A DNA stretch of 63,412 bases, counting the filler, from Pirum gemmata (taxonomy: Eukaryota), in the NCBI GenBank assembly GCA_002812295.1. It is 23 parts of 23 records of this genome, joined end to end, with 100 filler letters (N's around TTAATTAATTAA, not from the genome) between each part and the next. Parts side by side here need not be neighbours in the genome. Positions count along the whole stretch, not along the records: positions 49,766 to 53,455 come from PDIN01006628.1; positions 53,556 to 55,942 come from PDIN01006629.1; positions 56,043 to 58,446 come from PDIN01006630.1; positions 58,547 to 60,930 come from PDIN01006631.1; positions 61,031 to 63,412 come from PDIN01006632.1; 18 more parts are not named here. One strand, 5' to 3'. Below, piece after piece: positions 51,006 to 63,412 of this stretch (within the stretch, counting starts at the first letter, position 1; every line of letters begins with the position of its first letter). The translations under genes were made by a program, and so were the position numbers. The notes under the pieces are model-generated. The model was given only the letters and a program-made list of their open reading frames with translations. It searched no databases and had not been told where the DNA came from.

Positions 51006-54000
51006 CTTTATTGTATATTTTATGATTACAAAACCACTGAAAAGCACAATATAATNATATACATTTTCTTTGATTTCTGTTACAATCATCATACGTAACT
51101 TGTTAGTATATTGGCATACTAATAATAATAATATATATTTATACTAATTAATTAATATTAATAATAATGCCAAGCCCTTATTAACCGCGACAGTTTATAT
51201 AATATTATTATATTTCTTTGCGCTGCATATTGACAATTTTTTAACTTTTTTTATATTACAGTGGTTCCCTCAATCTTTAATTTGGTACTGTTTAAATATA
51301 TAATTGAACTTTTTTATAAAATACAACATTTTAAGTATAAAATACCAATTTAATTAAAACATGTCTGATATTTTAACCATAATAATAATTTGGTATGTTT
51401 GTTTCAGTTTTTGAACTGGATAAACACAATATAGACTAACTACCGCTGTAGAGTGTGTGTAGAGTTTGTAGGCTACCGTACTATGTAGGTTTTAAGGTTG
51501 GGGTTAGGGGTTAGGGTTTTAGGTTAGGGTTAGGGTTAGGGGTTAGGGTTTTAGGGGTTAGGGTTAGGGTTAGGGTTAGGGGTCTCATGGACTGGTGTAT
51601 TTTACATGAGAACGAGGTTAGGGAACATTCATAAAGGACCTCACTTATTCTTTGATAGAAGTCATTGCACTGTTTTAGGCAGTATGTAATTAATAAAATG
51701 AACTTTAATTAAAATTATGACCAAAAGTGTTTTGGACAAAGAGGCATAGGTAAGATTAGGTGACGTCCTTTATTTATGGATGAATACCAAGCTGTTGGTT
51801 CTTATCACTTCATGAGGGTAGGTCTCAAGTTCTCAAGCATGTTCTCATGTAGACTACCGGCAGAACTACTAAAGTAGACTAGAGTAGTCTAGGCTAGGTG
51901 CTAGAGAGGCTAAGGTGTCTATTTTATTTATTACCGTCTTTAATTTGATACCATTTCAGTGTATAATTGAACTTTTTTACAATATTCAATATTTTAAATT
52001 TTTGATCAAACCATAGACTACCATAGACTAGTCTACCCTCGATACCACTCTAGCTAGCTAGCTAGCTAGCTAGCTCGAGTATAATTATTATTAAAATTTA
52101 TTATATGATACCGGTATCATCACTAGCTAGCTAGAGGCATATGAGCTCAAAAAATCCAAAAATCTCAAAATAGACTAATCCAATTTTTTTTAAAAAAATC
52201 AAAGTAGACGGTCTACTACCAATCTTTTGAGAAATCATACTGAAATCATCTATCGATAACTACGAAAACTCTTAGTATTATGAACCAATTGCTAGTTTTG
52301 AAAAATAATTTGGCAAGTTAGAATTAAAGGTTTTTAGAAAAGAAGTCTAAAAAAAAAAGATTTCTAGTCTAGTCCTAGCTAGGTCTAGCTAGTCTAGCTA
52401 GACTAGATTTAATATGGCATAGCCCTCTACTAACGTTGACAGTATCATAGTTTTTCTATGATATATATAGCATACCCACCACCACCACCGTGTCATACCG
52501 GAACGTACCACTATCACCACCACCACCACCACCACCACCACCACTCCCATGACTACTATAGCTACCACTACCACGTGCACCCCTACCACGACCATCATCA
52601 TATTATCCACCACCCACTACCCACCACCACCACCACCACCACCACCCTAACCCTAACCCTAACCCTAACCTTAACCCTAGAGTTACCTACTAACCCTAAC
52701 CCTAACCCTAGCTACCCTAACCCTAACCCTAACCCTAACCCTAACCCTAACCCTAACCCTAACTAACCCTAACCCTAACCCTAACCCTAACATATAATTT
52801 TAAATATTAATGGAAATTTGCAAAAACGCGCATTTTGTAATTTTATCATATCATAATAATATTATAATTAATAAAAGCTGTTATTATTATTATTTTAAAA
52901 AAACTTTAATCTTAATTAACTAGTCAAAATATTTTTAAAAATTCGCTATTGGTTCATAATAAAGTTGTTTTAGTTGGATGATTTCTCAAAATTTGGTAGT
53001 ACTTTCATTAAAAATTGGATCATTTTGTAATTTTTTTGGTTGGATTTTTGAGCTCGTGTGGTGGATGTTGTCATTTTTATCCAGCTTGGTATCATAGACT
53101 AACTACGATACTACAAAAGTGCCAGTAAAGTGTCTATCTATATACTTTTAAAAAATGTTTCAACACAAAATACGTATATTTAAAGGTAGCATAAAGTGTC
53201 TATAATGATTATATATCATAAATTAATTGTGACATTATTTTAATATTGTATTATTTTGAGTTTCTTATTAATTAATTATAATTCAGTTCAAAAAATGAAA
53301 TAAACGTATCAAATTATATATTACTTATAGCAAATCTAAAACTATCAGACATGTTTTGATTAATCAGGGTATTTTATTATTAATATTAATATTAATGTTT
53401 TGTATTTTATAAATAAGTTCAATTATACATTTTAACAGTATTATACCAAATTAAANNNNNNNNNNNNNNNNNNNNNNNNNNNNNNNNNNNNNNNNNNNNT
53501 TAATTAATTAANNNNNNNNNNNNNNNNNNNNNNNNNNNNNNNNNNNNNNNNNNNNAGTGAAGAGGTGTGACTTTGTGTTGGTGACTGGGTCAGTTTATTA
53601 CACCTCGATCTTTAATTAATTTGGTAGTGTATAAGTGTATAATTGAGCTTGTTTTTATATATTTTAAAAACCAAATTAATTAAAACATGCCCGATAGTTA
53701 TAATTTGGTAAGCTGATTTTACTTTTTGTAGTACATAGCTCTAGCTAGCTAGCTAGACCCGGGGTCTAGGTCTAAGGTCCACTTTTTTAGATCATTCATT
53801 CTCCAGAAAAAATAATAATTTCCATAAACGTTAATGACGTCACGATGTTTTTTCTAGATTATTCTTTAAATGGATTATATGTAAATCTAAAGGCATAAAA
53901 TGTTCATCTGATAGGATCAGATGGTGGAAGGTGACTATTATTATTATGACGCCATTAATGAATGTTCCCTAAAGATAGTAATTATCGTGCTTTTCATAAA

Positions 54001-56314
54001 ATATATATAAAAAGAGTACCAAATTAATACAATATAAATCCATTTAATTTAATTTGGTATATTTTATTATCTATTTATTAATTTAAAAATGTCAATTTAA
54101 ATATTATAACCAGCCAAATAAATATCCAAAATGACAAAATAAATGAAAAGCACTATACTATACCATATATGTTAACACTTAGTCCTAATATGGATCTCTA
54201 ATATCCAATTTCCCTAGGCTAATTTCCAGTCAAATACAGCTTCAGATACCCCTACCTACCTACCCTTTGACGTTAATTTCCAGTCAAATACCCCCTACCT
54301 ACCTACCCCTTGACGTGACGTATTATTTGAACGCTCCCATCTAGGATGTTATCTCACCTTTTCTAAAAACTGACAAATGAACTTACAGAAAAAAATTATC
54401 ACTCCATTAGGGTATTTTATGAAATAAGATTAGTGGGAATAATTTTAGTCTTTAAAGTTTTCTACCCTATTGATATTTTTTATGATATAATAAAATAGGG
54501 TAGGACAACTCTCTAGAACAACTACCAGGGGTAGACTAGCTAGACTATTGAAAAACACAATGCTTTTTGAGGTTGCAGCGAAAAATGGCGAAAAAAAATA
54601 AATAAAATGTTTTTTTACTGTCCTCCAACCTCCAACCTTGCCCCCTAACTACTAGCTAGCGTTAGGGTACTAGCTAGGGTCAGGGTTAGGGTTACGGTTA
54701 GGGTTACAGTTAGGGTTAGGGTTAGGGTTAGAGGGTTACGGTTACGGATACGGATACGGTTAGGGTTAGGGTTAGGGTTAGGGTTAGGGTTAGGGTTAGG
54801 GTTAGGGTTAGGGTTAGGGTTAAGGTTAGGGTTAGGGTTAATTAAGGTTAGGGTTAGGGTTAGGGTTAGGGTTAGGGTTAGGGTTTTGGTTATGGTTATG
54901 ATAGATTTTTTTTTTTTTATCATATCATAATANNNNNNNNNNNNNNNNNNNNGTTAGGGTTAGGGTTAGGGTTAGGGTTAGGGTTAGGGTTAGGGTTAGG
55001 GTTAGGGTTAGGGTTAGGGTTAGGGTTAGGGTTAGGGTTAGGGTTAGGGTTAGGGTTAGGCTACCGAGCCAAGTAGTATCAAAAAGAGTAGTAAACTAAA
55101 AGGTCTTAGTTTGTAAAAGGAAGACTAGCGAGCTAGTAGTGATCATTACTTTTTCTCTCTTCCCGAATATGTCTTCTTTTTTGAAAAATTTCAATACAAT
55201 GTAATATTATAATAATACAAAGCAATACAATGCAATGTAATGCGATAGTATGCGATACAATGCAATACCATACAACAAAATACAATGCAATAAAATACAA
55301 TACAATACAATATTACAATACAATACAATACAATACAATACAATATTACTACAATACAATTAATACATGTACAATACAACACAATGCAATACAACACAGT
55401 ACAATTCGGTATTATGTTATGCAATACGATTAATTGATTAAACAATTATTACATATAATTATGCATAATATTATAATAAAATAAAAACAAATACGTATGC
55501 TACAGGTTGTTAATTTTATGATTAATTAATATTGGGATGTCTTATTGTTTAATGTATGTCTATAATCTGATAACGTTGATAATGGCATTGAATATAACAA
55601 CAGAGTAATCAATTAATAATACTATGTAGATAATTACCTTGAGTTACATATTAATAATATTATAACATTATAATTAAATACGTAATATATATTAATTAAT
55701 ACCTCTAAACCTAACCCTTGCCAGTCCCTTGCCATAACATTCCTTGACATTCCCTAACATTCCCTAATAGACCCTAACAGTTTTCCAAACTCTAACCATA
55801 ACCCGAACCTAAACATCGACGTGAAATCTCAAAAAATGTTGTATAATAATGACTGCGTATTTTAATATTATTAAAAATGAATTTGAAATAAAAAAAATTA
55901 AAAACATATTATGATTGTGTTGTTTCTATTATTATTATTATTNNNNNNNNNNNNNNNNNNNNNNNNNNNNNNNNNNNNNNNNNNNNTTAATTAATTAANN
56001 NNNNNNNNNNNNNNNNNNNNNNNNNNNNNNNNNNNNNNNNNNTGCTATTATTAGTAAAGAACACGGAAGTAAGGTTGGCTCGATAAGCATCTGTTCGAAA
56101 AAAGTTCCAGTAGATATCTCACCCCTACTCAAAAAAAATTCAGAAAAAAAAACTTTATAAAAAAAATAAAAAAAAGCAATTAATTAAGAACATGAGTTTG
56201 GGCGAATCATCAATCAGCTTTGAGTATACGCACTTAGATCCCGAAAAAAAACCGAAAGTCCCGAAAAAATAAAAGCTTGAAAATCTGAGTTCAATTTTTT
56301 ACTATTTTTTTTAA

Positions 56315-56535
56315 CTACCAAACCGGATGAAAATGGCGACATCACCATAAACCAAAAAATCTCAAATTGATCCAATTTAAATAAAAGTACTACCAAATTT
56401 TGAGAAATAGTTTAACTTAAGAAACTATATTATAAACAAATGGCTAATTTTTAAAAATAATTTGGTTAGTTATAATAAAATGTTTAAGAAAGAGGTCTAA
56501 AAAAATAATTTCTACAGTTTTATCTGGCTTGGCTG
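56315..56535. mobile_element. MITE family A, full copy with TTAA on both flanks
   Basis: TTAA|CTACCAAACCGGAT...ATCTGGCTTGGCTG|TTAA. Confidence 0.8.
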
Positions 56536-57013
56536 TTAAAATATATTATAAATAATCTAAATAGAAAAAAAATGCTTTTCTTTTTTTTTCGAACTAGACT
56601 AGTACTATTAGAGCTACTATTAGACAATATTATTATTTTTTTTTATTGCCAGATAAAACTGCAGAAATCATTATTTTTAGACTTATTTTAAACTAGCCAA
56701 ATTAATATTAATAACTGGCCATTGGTTCATAATAGAGTTTTATTAGTTAGACGATTTCTCAAAATTCGGCAATACTTTTCATTAAAATTGGAGGATTTTG
56801 TCACCTAACCTAACCCTAACCCTAACCCTAACCCTAACCCTAACCCTTGCACTGTCACTTACGGTAAAGTGTTTTCTTTATTGAAGAATGGTCCAGTTTC
56901 TCTTTCTTTGGAATGGTAGATGGTAGACTATATTTAATTTGGTACTTTTTGAACTTGTTTGTAAAACACAACATTAATTATAAAATACCAAATTAATTAA
57001 AAAATGTTAGATA

Positions 57014-57282
57014 TCATACCAGTAAAAAATCTGAAGATGGAAAAATCTGAACATGGAATTGAATCTAGAAGGGTATTTTTGTCAACTAGGGCGTCTAGAT
57101 TGGTATTTAAAAACCTCTTTAGAATCTACATCTGGATACACCTCTAGGGATACACTTTTTTTTTTTTTTNAAGGAACAAAAAAAATATCGATTCAAAGTC
57201 TAAAAATACCAATCTAGATGCCTTAGTTGACAAAAATACCCTTCTAGATTCAATTCTATCTTCAGATTTTTTACTGGTATGA
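57014..57282. mobile_element. Foldback MITE with long TIRs and TA target duplication (Tc1/mariner-type), nested in a family C repeat
   Basis: TA|TCATACCAGTAAAAAATCTGAAGAT..GAATTGAATCTAGAAGGGTATTTTTGTCAACTA and its mirror ending ACTGGTATGA|TA; the host repeat resumes on the far side; one N inside. Confidence 0.7.
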
Positions 57283-58970
57283 TAGAATAATAATTTGGTA
57301 GTTAGACCGGTCCTGAGACCGGTCTACCCAATAGCTATTAGTAGCTAGCTGCCACAACAGCTTTATATAAATTAGGGTTATCATAGTTAGGGAGAGTCAG
57401 GGTTAGTATTAGGTTTAGGGTTTAGGGTTTATATTAGGGTTAGGGTTAGGGTTAGGTTAGGTTAGGGTTAGGGTTAGGGTTAGGGTTAGGGTTAGGGTTA
57501 GGGTNACAGTCCCCCTACACATACTGTTGTCTGTTTGTTGTCTGTTGTTATAATAATAAGTTGTTATAACACATGTACAGTCCCCCTAGGGTTAGGGTTA
57601 GGGTTAGGGTTAGGGTTAGGGTTAGGGTTAGGGTTAGGGTTAGGGTTAGGGTTAGGGTTAGGATTAGAGTTGGGTTAGAGTTAGGGTAAGGGTTAGGGCT
57701 AAGGTTAGGGTTAGGGTTAGGGTTAGGGTTAGGGTTAGGGTTAGGGTTAGAGTTAGTTAGGGTTAGTTAGGGTTAGGGTTAGGGTTAGGGTTTAATAGTG
57801 GTTGGGTTTGATTAGAACTGAGAGTCTGAGAGTCTGAGACCTCATGGTTTTTAGCCGACTCACTTTATTTGCCAGAGTTTCCATATTGATCTGGGTTTTT
57901 TTTTTGTTTTTGGTTTTATTTCTTACCATTTATAGCAATTATAGTCTAAATAAAGTTTAATAAACATCGCTAAAAAATCTGCTATATAAACCAAGACTTT
58001 CTATTGGTTTACTAGCATTCTGCTCGGTTTAAAAATCGAGATTCCGAGTCTATGTATTAATTAATTAGTTCGAAATGTTCAAGCTTACAATTATTAAGTA
58101 TTCAAATATATTTATTTATTAATAAACCCGAAAAATAAGAAAATATACTTTTTTCGAACGGGGCTGAATTTTGGCATTTCTTGATAGTAGACATTCGATT
58201 TTTTGAGTTTGAGCAGAATTAGATTACTAGACCTAGAAGTAGCTTTCCAGCTTTCTACTTTTTTTTTTTTTTAGGAATGGAATCATCTGATAGTTTACCA
58301 TGTGGTGTGGTTTTGTGGCTCATTTTTTTTTTTTTTTTTTTTTTCGTGTTTATAAATAAAAAAAAATTCTTTTCTAAAAACCTTTAATTTCAACTATCCA
58401 AATTGTTTTAAAAACTAGCTATTGTTTCATAATAGAGTTTTCTGTANNNNNNNNNNNNNNNNNNNNNNNNNNNNNNNNNNNNNNNNNNNNTTAATTAATT
58501 AANNNNNNNNNNNNNNNNNNNNNNNNNNNNNNNNNNNNNNNNNNNNGATTGCGACATTATATTTTTTCTGCGGTATTTTTTTTTTTTCTATTTCTCTCTA
58601 CATCTTTTTCTTCAACTGGAGTTTTTTGAAATAATAATAATTAAATAACAAACAATGCCAAATTGAATAATTTGTATCAAATAACATAAATAACAAAAAA
58701 TGCCAAATTTAATAATTTGTATCAAATAACATAGTATAACCATAGGGACTTAAGTATAGGGCTAACTTGCGCCATGTACATTATAATTGTTATTGATTTT
58801 TATTACTTTAATAGGTTAGGGTTAGCGCTAGGTAGGGTTAGGGTTAGCGCTAGGTAGGGTTAGGGTTAGCGCTAGGTAGGGTTAGGGTTAGGGTTAGGGA
58901 AAAGGGAAAACTGTCGATTTTTGTGCTATGTAAAGTAATCCTTTTAATTTTTTTTTGTTTTTTATTTTAG

Positions 58971-59073
58971 AAATGGACAAATTGTAGAAAAAGGTTCACA
59001 CGAAGAATTACTTTCTCTAAACGGTGGTTATGCTAATTTATGGAATAGGCAAGCGGGACACAACCCTACCTGA
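58971..59073 (+). CDS. ABC transporter (ABCB type, ATM1/HMT1-like) terminal exon
   Basis: Polypyrimidine-AG acceptor then [33 protein letters not shown], a typical ABCB NBD C-terminus. Confidence 0.85.
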
Positions 59074-60169
59074 ACCAACTAAACAAGGCTTTCCCAGAAG
59101 CTTCATATTTTTCGAGCTTGTTTCTATTTTTTTTTTTTAAGGGCCATACGAAAAATTACTTTCTCTAAACAGGTTCGTATGCTAAATTTTGGCATAGGTA
59201 AGCGGGACACAACTGGTGACAACCCTACCTGAACCAACTAATCTAACGTTCGTTGACACTTTTATTTACTGACTCAAGTTAGTGGTTATCAAAAAAAAAA
59301 ATCGCACGAGCTTTTTTTGGTGAGACGAGTGAGGTTTTAACGGAGTTAACCAAAAAAAAGGGAGTGAGATTTTTGACGATTACTACCAACTTCAATCATA
59401 AAAAAAAATATTAACAGTGGTTGGTGCATCAATAGGGTTAGGGTTATAATTAATAATAATAATAATAATAGTCTTATAATGAAAATAATGAAAATAAAAA
59501 ATTATTTACCCCACAACTGATATAAAAAAAAAGGGACAAAAAGACAAAAGGACAAAAAAGGAAATATGGAGGTGGAAAATTGCGCTAGAAAATGCGAAAG
59601 AGTGCCACTGACCAAAGTTAGTGACCTATCCTTAATTAATATTAATAAAAAAAGTGTGTCACTAACCAATATTAGTAACACTCCTATTTTGTGAATTTTC
59701 GGGAAAAAGTGCAAAAATGGAAAATTTATTATGAAAGCTCGAAATGACAAAAAGAAATCGATCATTTACTAATTAAAGTCATTGAAGAATCGACAGTTAA
59801 AATGCACCAACCAAGGCTTTCCCGAAAGCTGTATATTTTTCGAGCTTGTTGTAGTTGTGTATGGGTTAAGGTTAGGGTTAGGGTTAGGGGTTAGGGGTTA
59901 GGGTTAGGGGTTAGGGTTAGGGTTAGGGTTAGGGTTAGGGGTTAGGGTTAGGGTTAGGGTTAGGGTTAGGGTTAGGGTTTTTTCAAGCAAAAAACCCTTG
60001 AACATTGAAGTAAAACTACTAGATATAAATAATAACAAATTCGAAAAATTATATTTTTTCAAACCTCATAACTAAAAAGTACTTAAAAGACTAACGGGGG
60101 CGGGGCACCCCGTTTCTAATCTTCCATTATATACTTTTCTAGATATACTTTTCTTAGTCTAGGTTGTAG

Positions 60170-60670
60170 ACCATTACCCTCTGTTGTGTTTTGTTTTTTT
60201 TTTGGTATCTTCAAATTTATTAATTGGGGTCCCTTTTAATATTAAATTAAATTAAATTCAACCCGTAAATACATGTTCTCGTTCTTGCACTTTGGGGTCA
60301 TAGTCTCTAGGTCTTTCCTCTGTTGCATGAGACCTAGCTAGACTACTAGCTAGAGTCTACAAGTCTGTTGTGTTTTGTTTTTTTGGTATCATAGTCTTAT
60401 CTTCAAATTCATTTATTGGGGTCCTTTTTTAAAAACATTAAATTAATAAGTAAATGACTTAAAAAATGACAATTTAAAAATAAATTGCAACACGTTAAGT
60501 CTACATGTCCCTGTTCTTGTACTTTGGAAAAAATCCATTTGTTGTGTTTTTTTTTTTTTGGTATCTTCAAATTCTAAAATTGTTGGCCCTTTTTTTTAAT
60601 TAATATTAAAAATTAATATGATAAGTAAATGACTTAAAAAATGACAATTTAAATAAATGTGCACGTAAAT
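60170..60670. repeat. Degenerate tandem repeat, 3 copies, about 180-bp unit
   Basis: Recurrent TGTTGTGTTTT..GGTATCTTCAAATT. Confidence 0.8.
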
Positions 60671-61114
60671 TGATTGACATTTGTTTTTTATGGTAATTTA
60701 GGATTTTTTTTGGTAGATAATTTATTAAATATACAATTTTACTCCAATTTTCACTGGATTCATCCAAAATTCTAGAATACAAGTTTAAGTGCAATGATGG
60801 CTTTGACGTGTAAATTAACCATTAATTTATTTATTAGAAGTCTATTATAAAATTTATTTCTTGTCACGTATTGTTTTTTTAATATATTATTGTTATTTGC
60901 ACAGTAATGCTACTTTCATTATTATTATTANNNNNNNNNNNNNNNNNNNNNNNNNNNNNNNNNNNNNNNNNNNNTTAATTAATTAANNNNNNNNNNNNNN
61001 NNNNNNNNNNNNNNNNNNNNNNNNNNNNNNAAGAATAAAATATATAACATAGTATCAAAAAAACAAAGAACACAAAAGTCTACAAAAAAAAAAAAACAAA
61101 AAATCACAAAAAAA

Positions 61115-61155
<41 letters not shown>

Positions 61156-61440
61156 AAAAGAGAGAAGGAGAAAAGAAAAAAAAAAAAAAAAAAAAACAAA
61201 AAAAAAAAAATGTGTGTCATAATGTTTTTATGGCCCCTTTTCTTTTCCTCTCGAAAATATAATTATAACTATTATAACTTTACAGCAGGGACATAGTTGT
61301 GAGCTGATTGACCTCCCAACCCAAAAAACGTCATAATCATTGTCACCTTTCTAAAAACGTCATAATGACGTCATAATCATTGTCACCTTTCCAAAGAAGA
61401 AAAAAAAAGCAAGAAAATAAAGAAAAGAAAATTCCATCTT

Positions 61441-62620
61441 TTTACTACTAGCTACTGTAGCTAGCTGGCTAGCTAGAGGATGTGTTTGATAGTTTTCAGA
61501 TATCGTAGTTGTTTGATACACTCGAAAAGGTTTTTTATTAACATTAAATATTCGAGCGTCTATTCTACCCTTCGAGTCCTGGTAGTTCTACTCTAGCTAG
61601 CTAGTCGTCTAGCTAGCACTCTCAATTTCTCAAATAGTAGCTACAGTAGCTAGCTCTAGCTAGCTAGCTAGCTAGTATGATAGCTACAGAGGCCCAGAGG
61701 GTAGCTATGTAGTGTGCGTAATGACGTAGTAGCTACTAGCTAGACTAGCTATGATACTCTACAGCTAGCTAGCTAGCTAGCTACGAATAGACTACCGATA
61801 GCTACCGGCACTACTTAGCTACTCTAGCTAGCTAGCTAGAGTAGCTGAGCGTTCAAAAACTCAAATATCATACTATGTAACACCAATTTCCAGTCAAATA
61901 CAGCTTCAAATACCCCTATCTACCTACCCCTCGACGTTAATTTCCGGTCAAATACCGCCTACTTACCTACCCCTTGACGTGACGTGTTATGCTATCATAG
62001 TAGCTATCGATAGCTAGCTAGCTGGCTAGCAGTAGAGTCAGTGTGGCTAGCTAGCTATGAATAGTAGTAGTAGACTATGCATTTTTATGGTGTCATTATG
62101 ATAAGTACAACAAGTCAAAACACCAACTGACAATCAAATCATCAACTTATACCAAAGTATCAAATTGAAACTTTAATTTTTAAAACTATATATATAACTG
62201 GAACCTGCTGCTCAAGACCCACTGCTCCTCCTGTAAAATTTCACTATGACATAGGTCTATAGTCACATATTCGTATGTGCACATATCAAGTACATATCAT
62301 ATTATTATGATATGAATATGATAGAAAAAAAAAAAGCCAGTAGACAGTCAGTAGACCTTGCCAGTAGACCCCTCTGACTAGCTATGATAGTAGTGTTGTG
62401 GCAGAGCTTTCCATGGCAGAGTTGTGGTCCTTGTGGGTAGCTAGCTACGATGATATCATAGCTAGCTAGCCTAGGCTAGCTAGCTAGTACCAGCTACTAA
62501 CAATATCTGCTACTACTAGCTACTAGCTAGCTAGCTACTCAAACTAGCTGCTGTCTCGTGGGGTCTAGCTAGCTAGCTACTGGGTCTAGCTAGCTAGCTA
62601 TGATATAGGATCTGCTGGTC
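61441..62620. repeat. CTAG/TAGC-rich quasi-palindromic field; similar fields at 4900-5000, 21692-21765, 23205-23400, 52000-52410
   Basis: Dense TAGCTA, TAGACTA, TAGTCTA, TATCATA, TATGATA and TACAGTA units. Confidence 0.9.
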
Positions 62621-62669
62621 TAACTCATCTCTAAAAAAACGTGAGGGAAAGAAATACACCTCTCATACA

Positions 62670-63245
62670 GCACTAATACTCAGATAATACTATCAATAAT
62701 TATTTATTACTTTTAAAAGTGATTAATGACGTAGTTGTTTTTAATTTTCTTTATATAATGGGATATCATACTGATATCATAATAATAATTATATTATGAC
62801 ATAGTAATAATAATATCATAATAATAATATCATAATATGATATCACAATCACTCAGACTAATACTATCATCATGATACTATCGATAATTATTTATTACTT
62901 TTAAAAAAAGGATTAATGACGTAGTTGTTTTTTAATTTTCTTTTTAATGGGATATCATAATAATAATAATATGACATAATAATAATAATAATAATAATAA
63001 TATCATAATAATCACTCAGACTGATACTATCATAATACTATCGATAATTATCTATTACTTTTAAAAGGGATTAATGACGTAGTTGTTTTTTAATTTTCTT
63101 TATAATGGGATATCATAATAATAATAATATGACATAGTAATAATAAATAATCACTCAGAATACTATCATAATACCATCGATAATTATTTATTACTTTTAA
63201 TTAAAAAGGATTAATGACGTAGTTATTTTTTAATTTTCTATATAA
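62670..63245. repeat. Degenerate tandem repeat, 4 copies, about 140-190-bp unit
   Basis: Recurrent GATAATTATTTATTACTTTTAA..GATTAATGACGTAGTTGTTTTTTAATTTTCT. Confidence 0.9.
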
Positions 63246-63412
63246 TAATAATAATAATAATATATTAATGTAGTAATATAATAATAATGTAATAATAATA
63301 ATACAATAATGATAATGTTTTCATTAATTAACTACAGGCTCTCCCCCACCAAAAATTCCAGAATTAACTGAAACTAAAGGGTGATATTAATATGTAATAA
63401 TAATAATAATAA

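Noticed and set aside
59418..59812. 12-bp inverted pair TGGTTGGTGCAT / ATGCACCAACCA resembling mariner ends
   Set aside because: Short, no TA duplication and no second copy
1..63412. Ciliate-like nanochromosomes or stop-codon reassignment, suggested by gene-sized pieces with telomeric repeats
   Set aside because: Arrays are internal or intronic, genes are cut at contig ends, conserved exons have no in-frame stops, and TAA, TAG and TGA each end an ORF

Overview
This is a pseudo-scaffold, not one locus. It holds 23 small pieces (about 2-4.5 kb each) of a very AT-rich, intron-rich eukaryote, joined by 22 artificial N44-TTAATTAATTAA-N44 spacers, so adjacency across a spacer means nothing. The genes use the standard code and GT-AG introns, and TTAGGG-type arrays and microsatellites fill introns and intergenic DNA; most ORF-track entries are microsatellite translations. 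Recognisable gene fragments: UTP15, GAF-domain (PDE-like) exons, RI/NLRC3-type LRR genes, NSE4, an SGNH-like protein, MPC1, a class-C-GPCR-like 7TM gene, a GDSL esterase, a pectin-acetylesterase-family gene, CNOT1, a single-pass receptor with an NPxF/NPxY tail, and the last exon of an ABCB transporter. Several MITE families, satellites and retroelement relics are present. The most interesting signals are: (1) an intronless, tightly packed contig that looks like large-DNA-virus sequence (47266-49665); (2) CTAG-rich fields that resolve into stacked TA-NN(N)-TA units resembling Tc1/mariner excision footprints, with a candidate donor element; (3) recurrent decayed 'echo' copies of exon segments near their genes; (4) telomere-type arrays inside introns in both orientations; (5) CNOT1 exons in permuted order, probably a scaffolding error. 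All homology calls come from motif recognition by eye; no searches were run.
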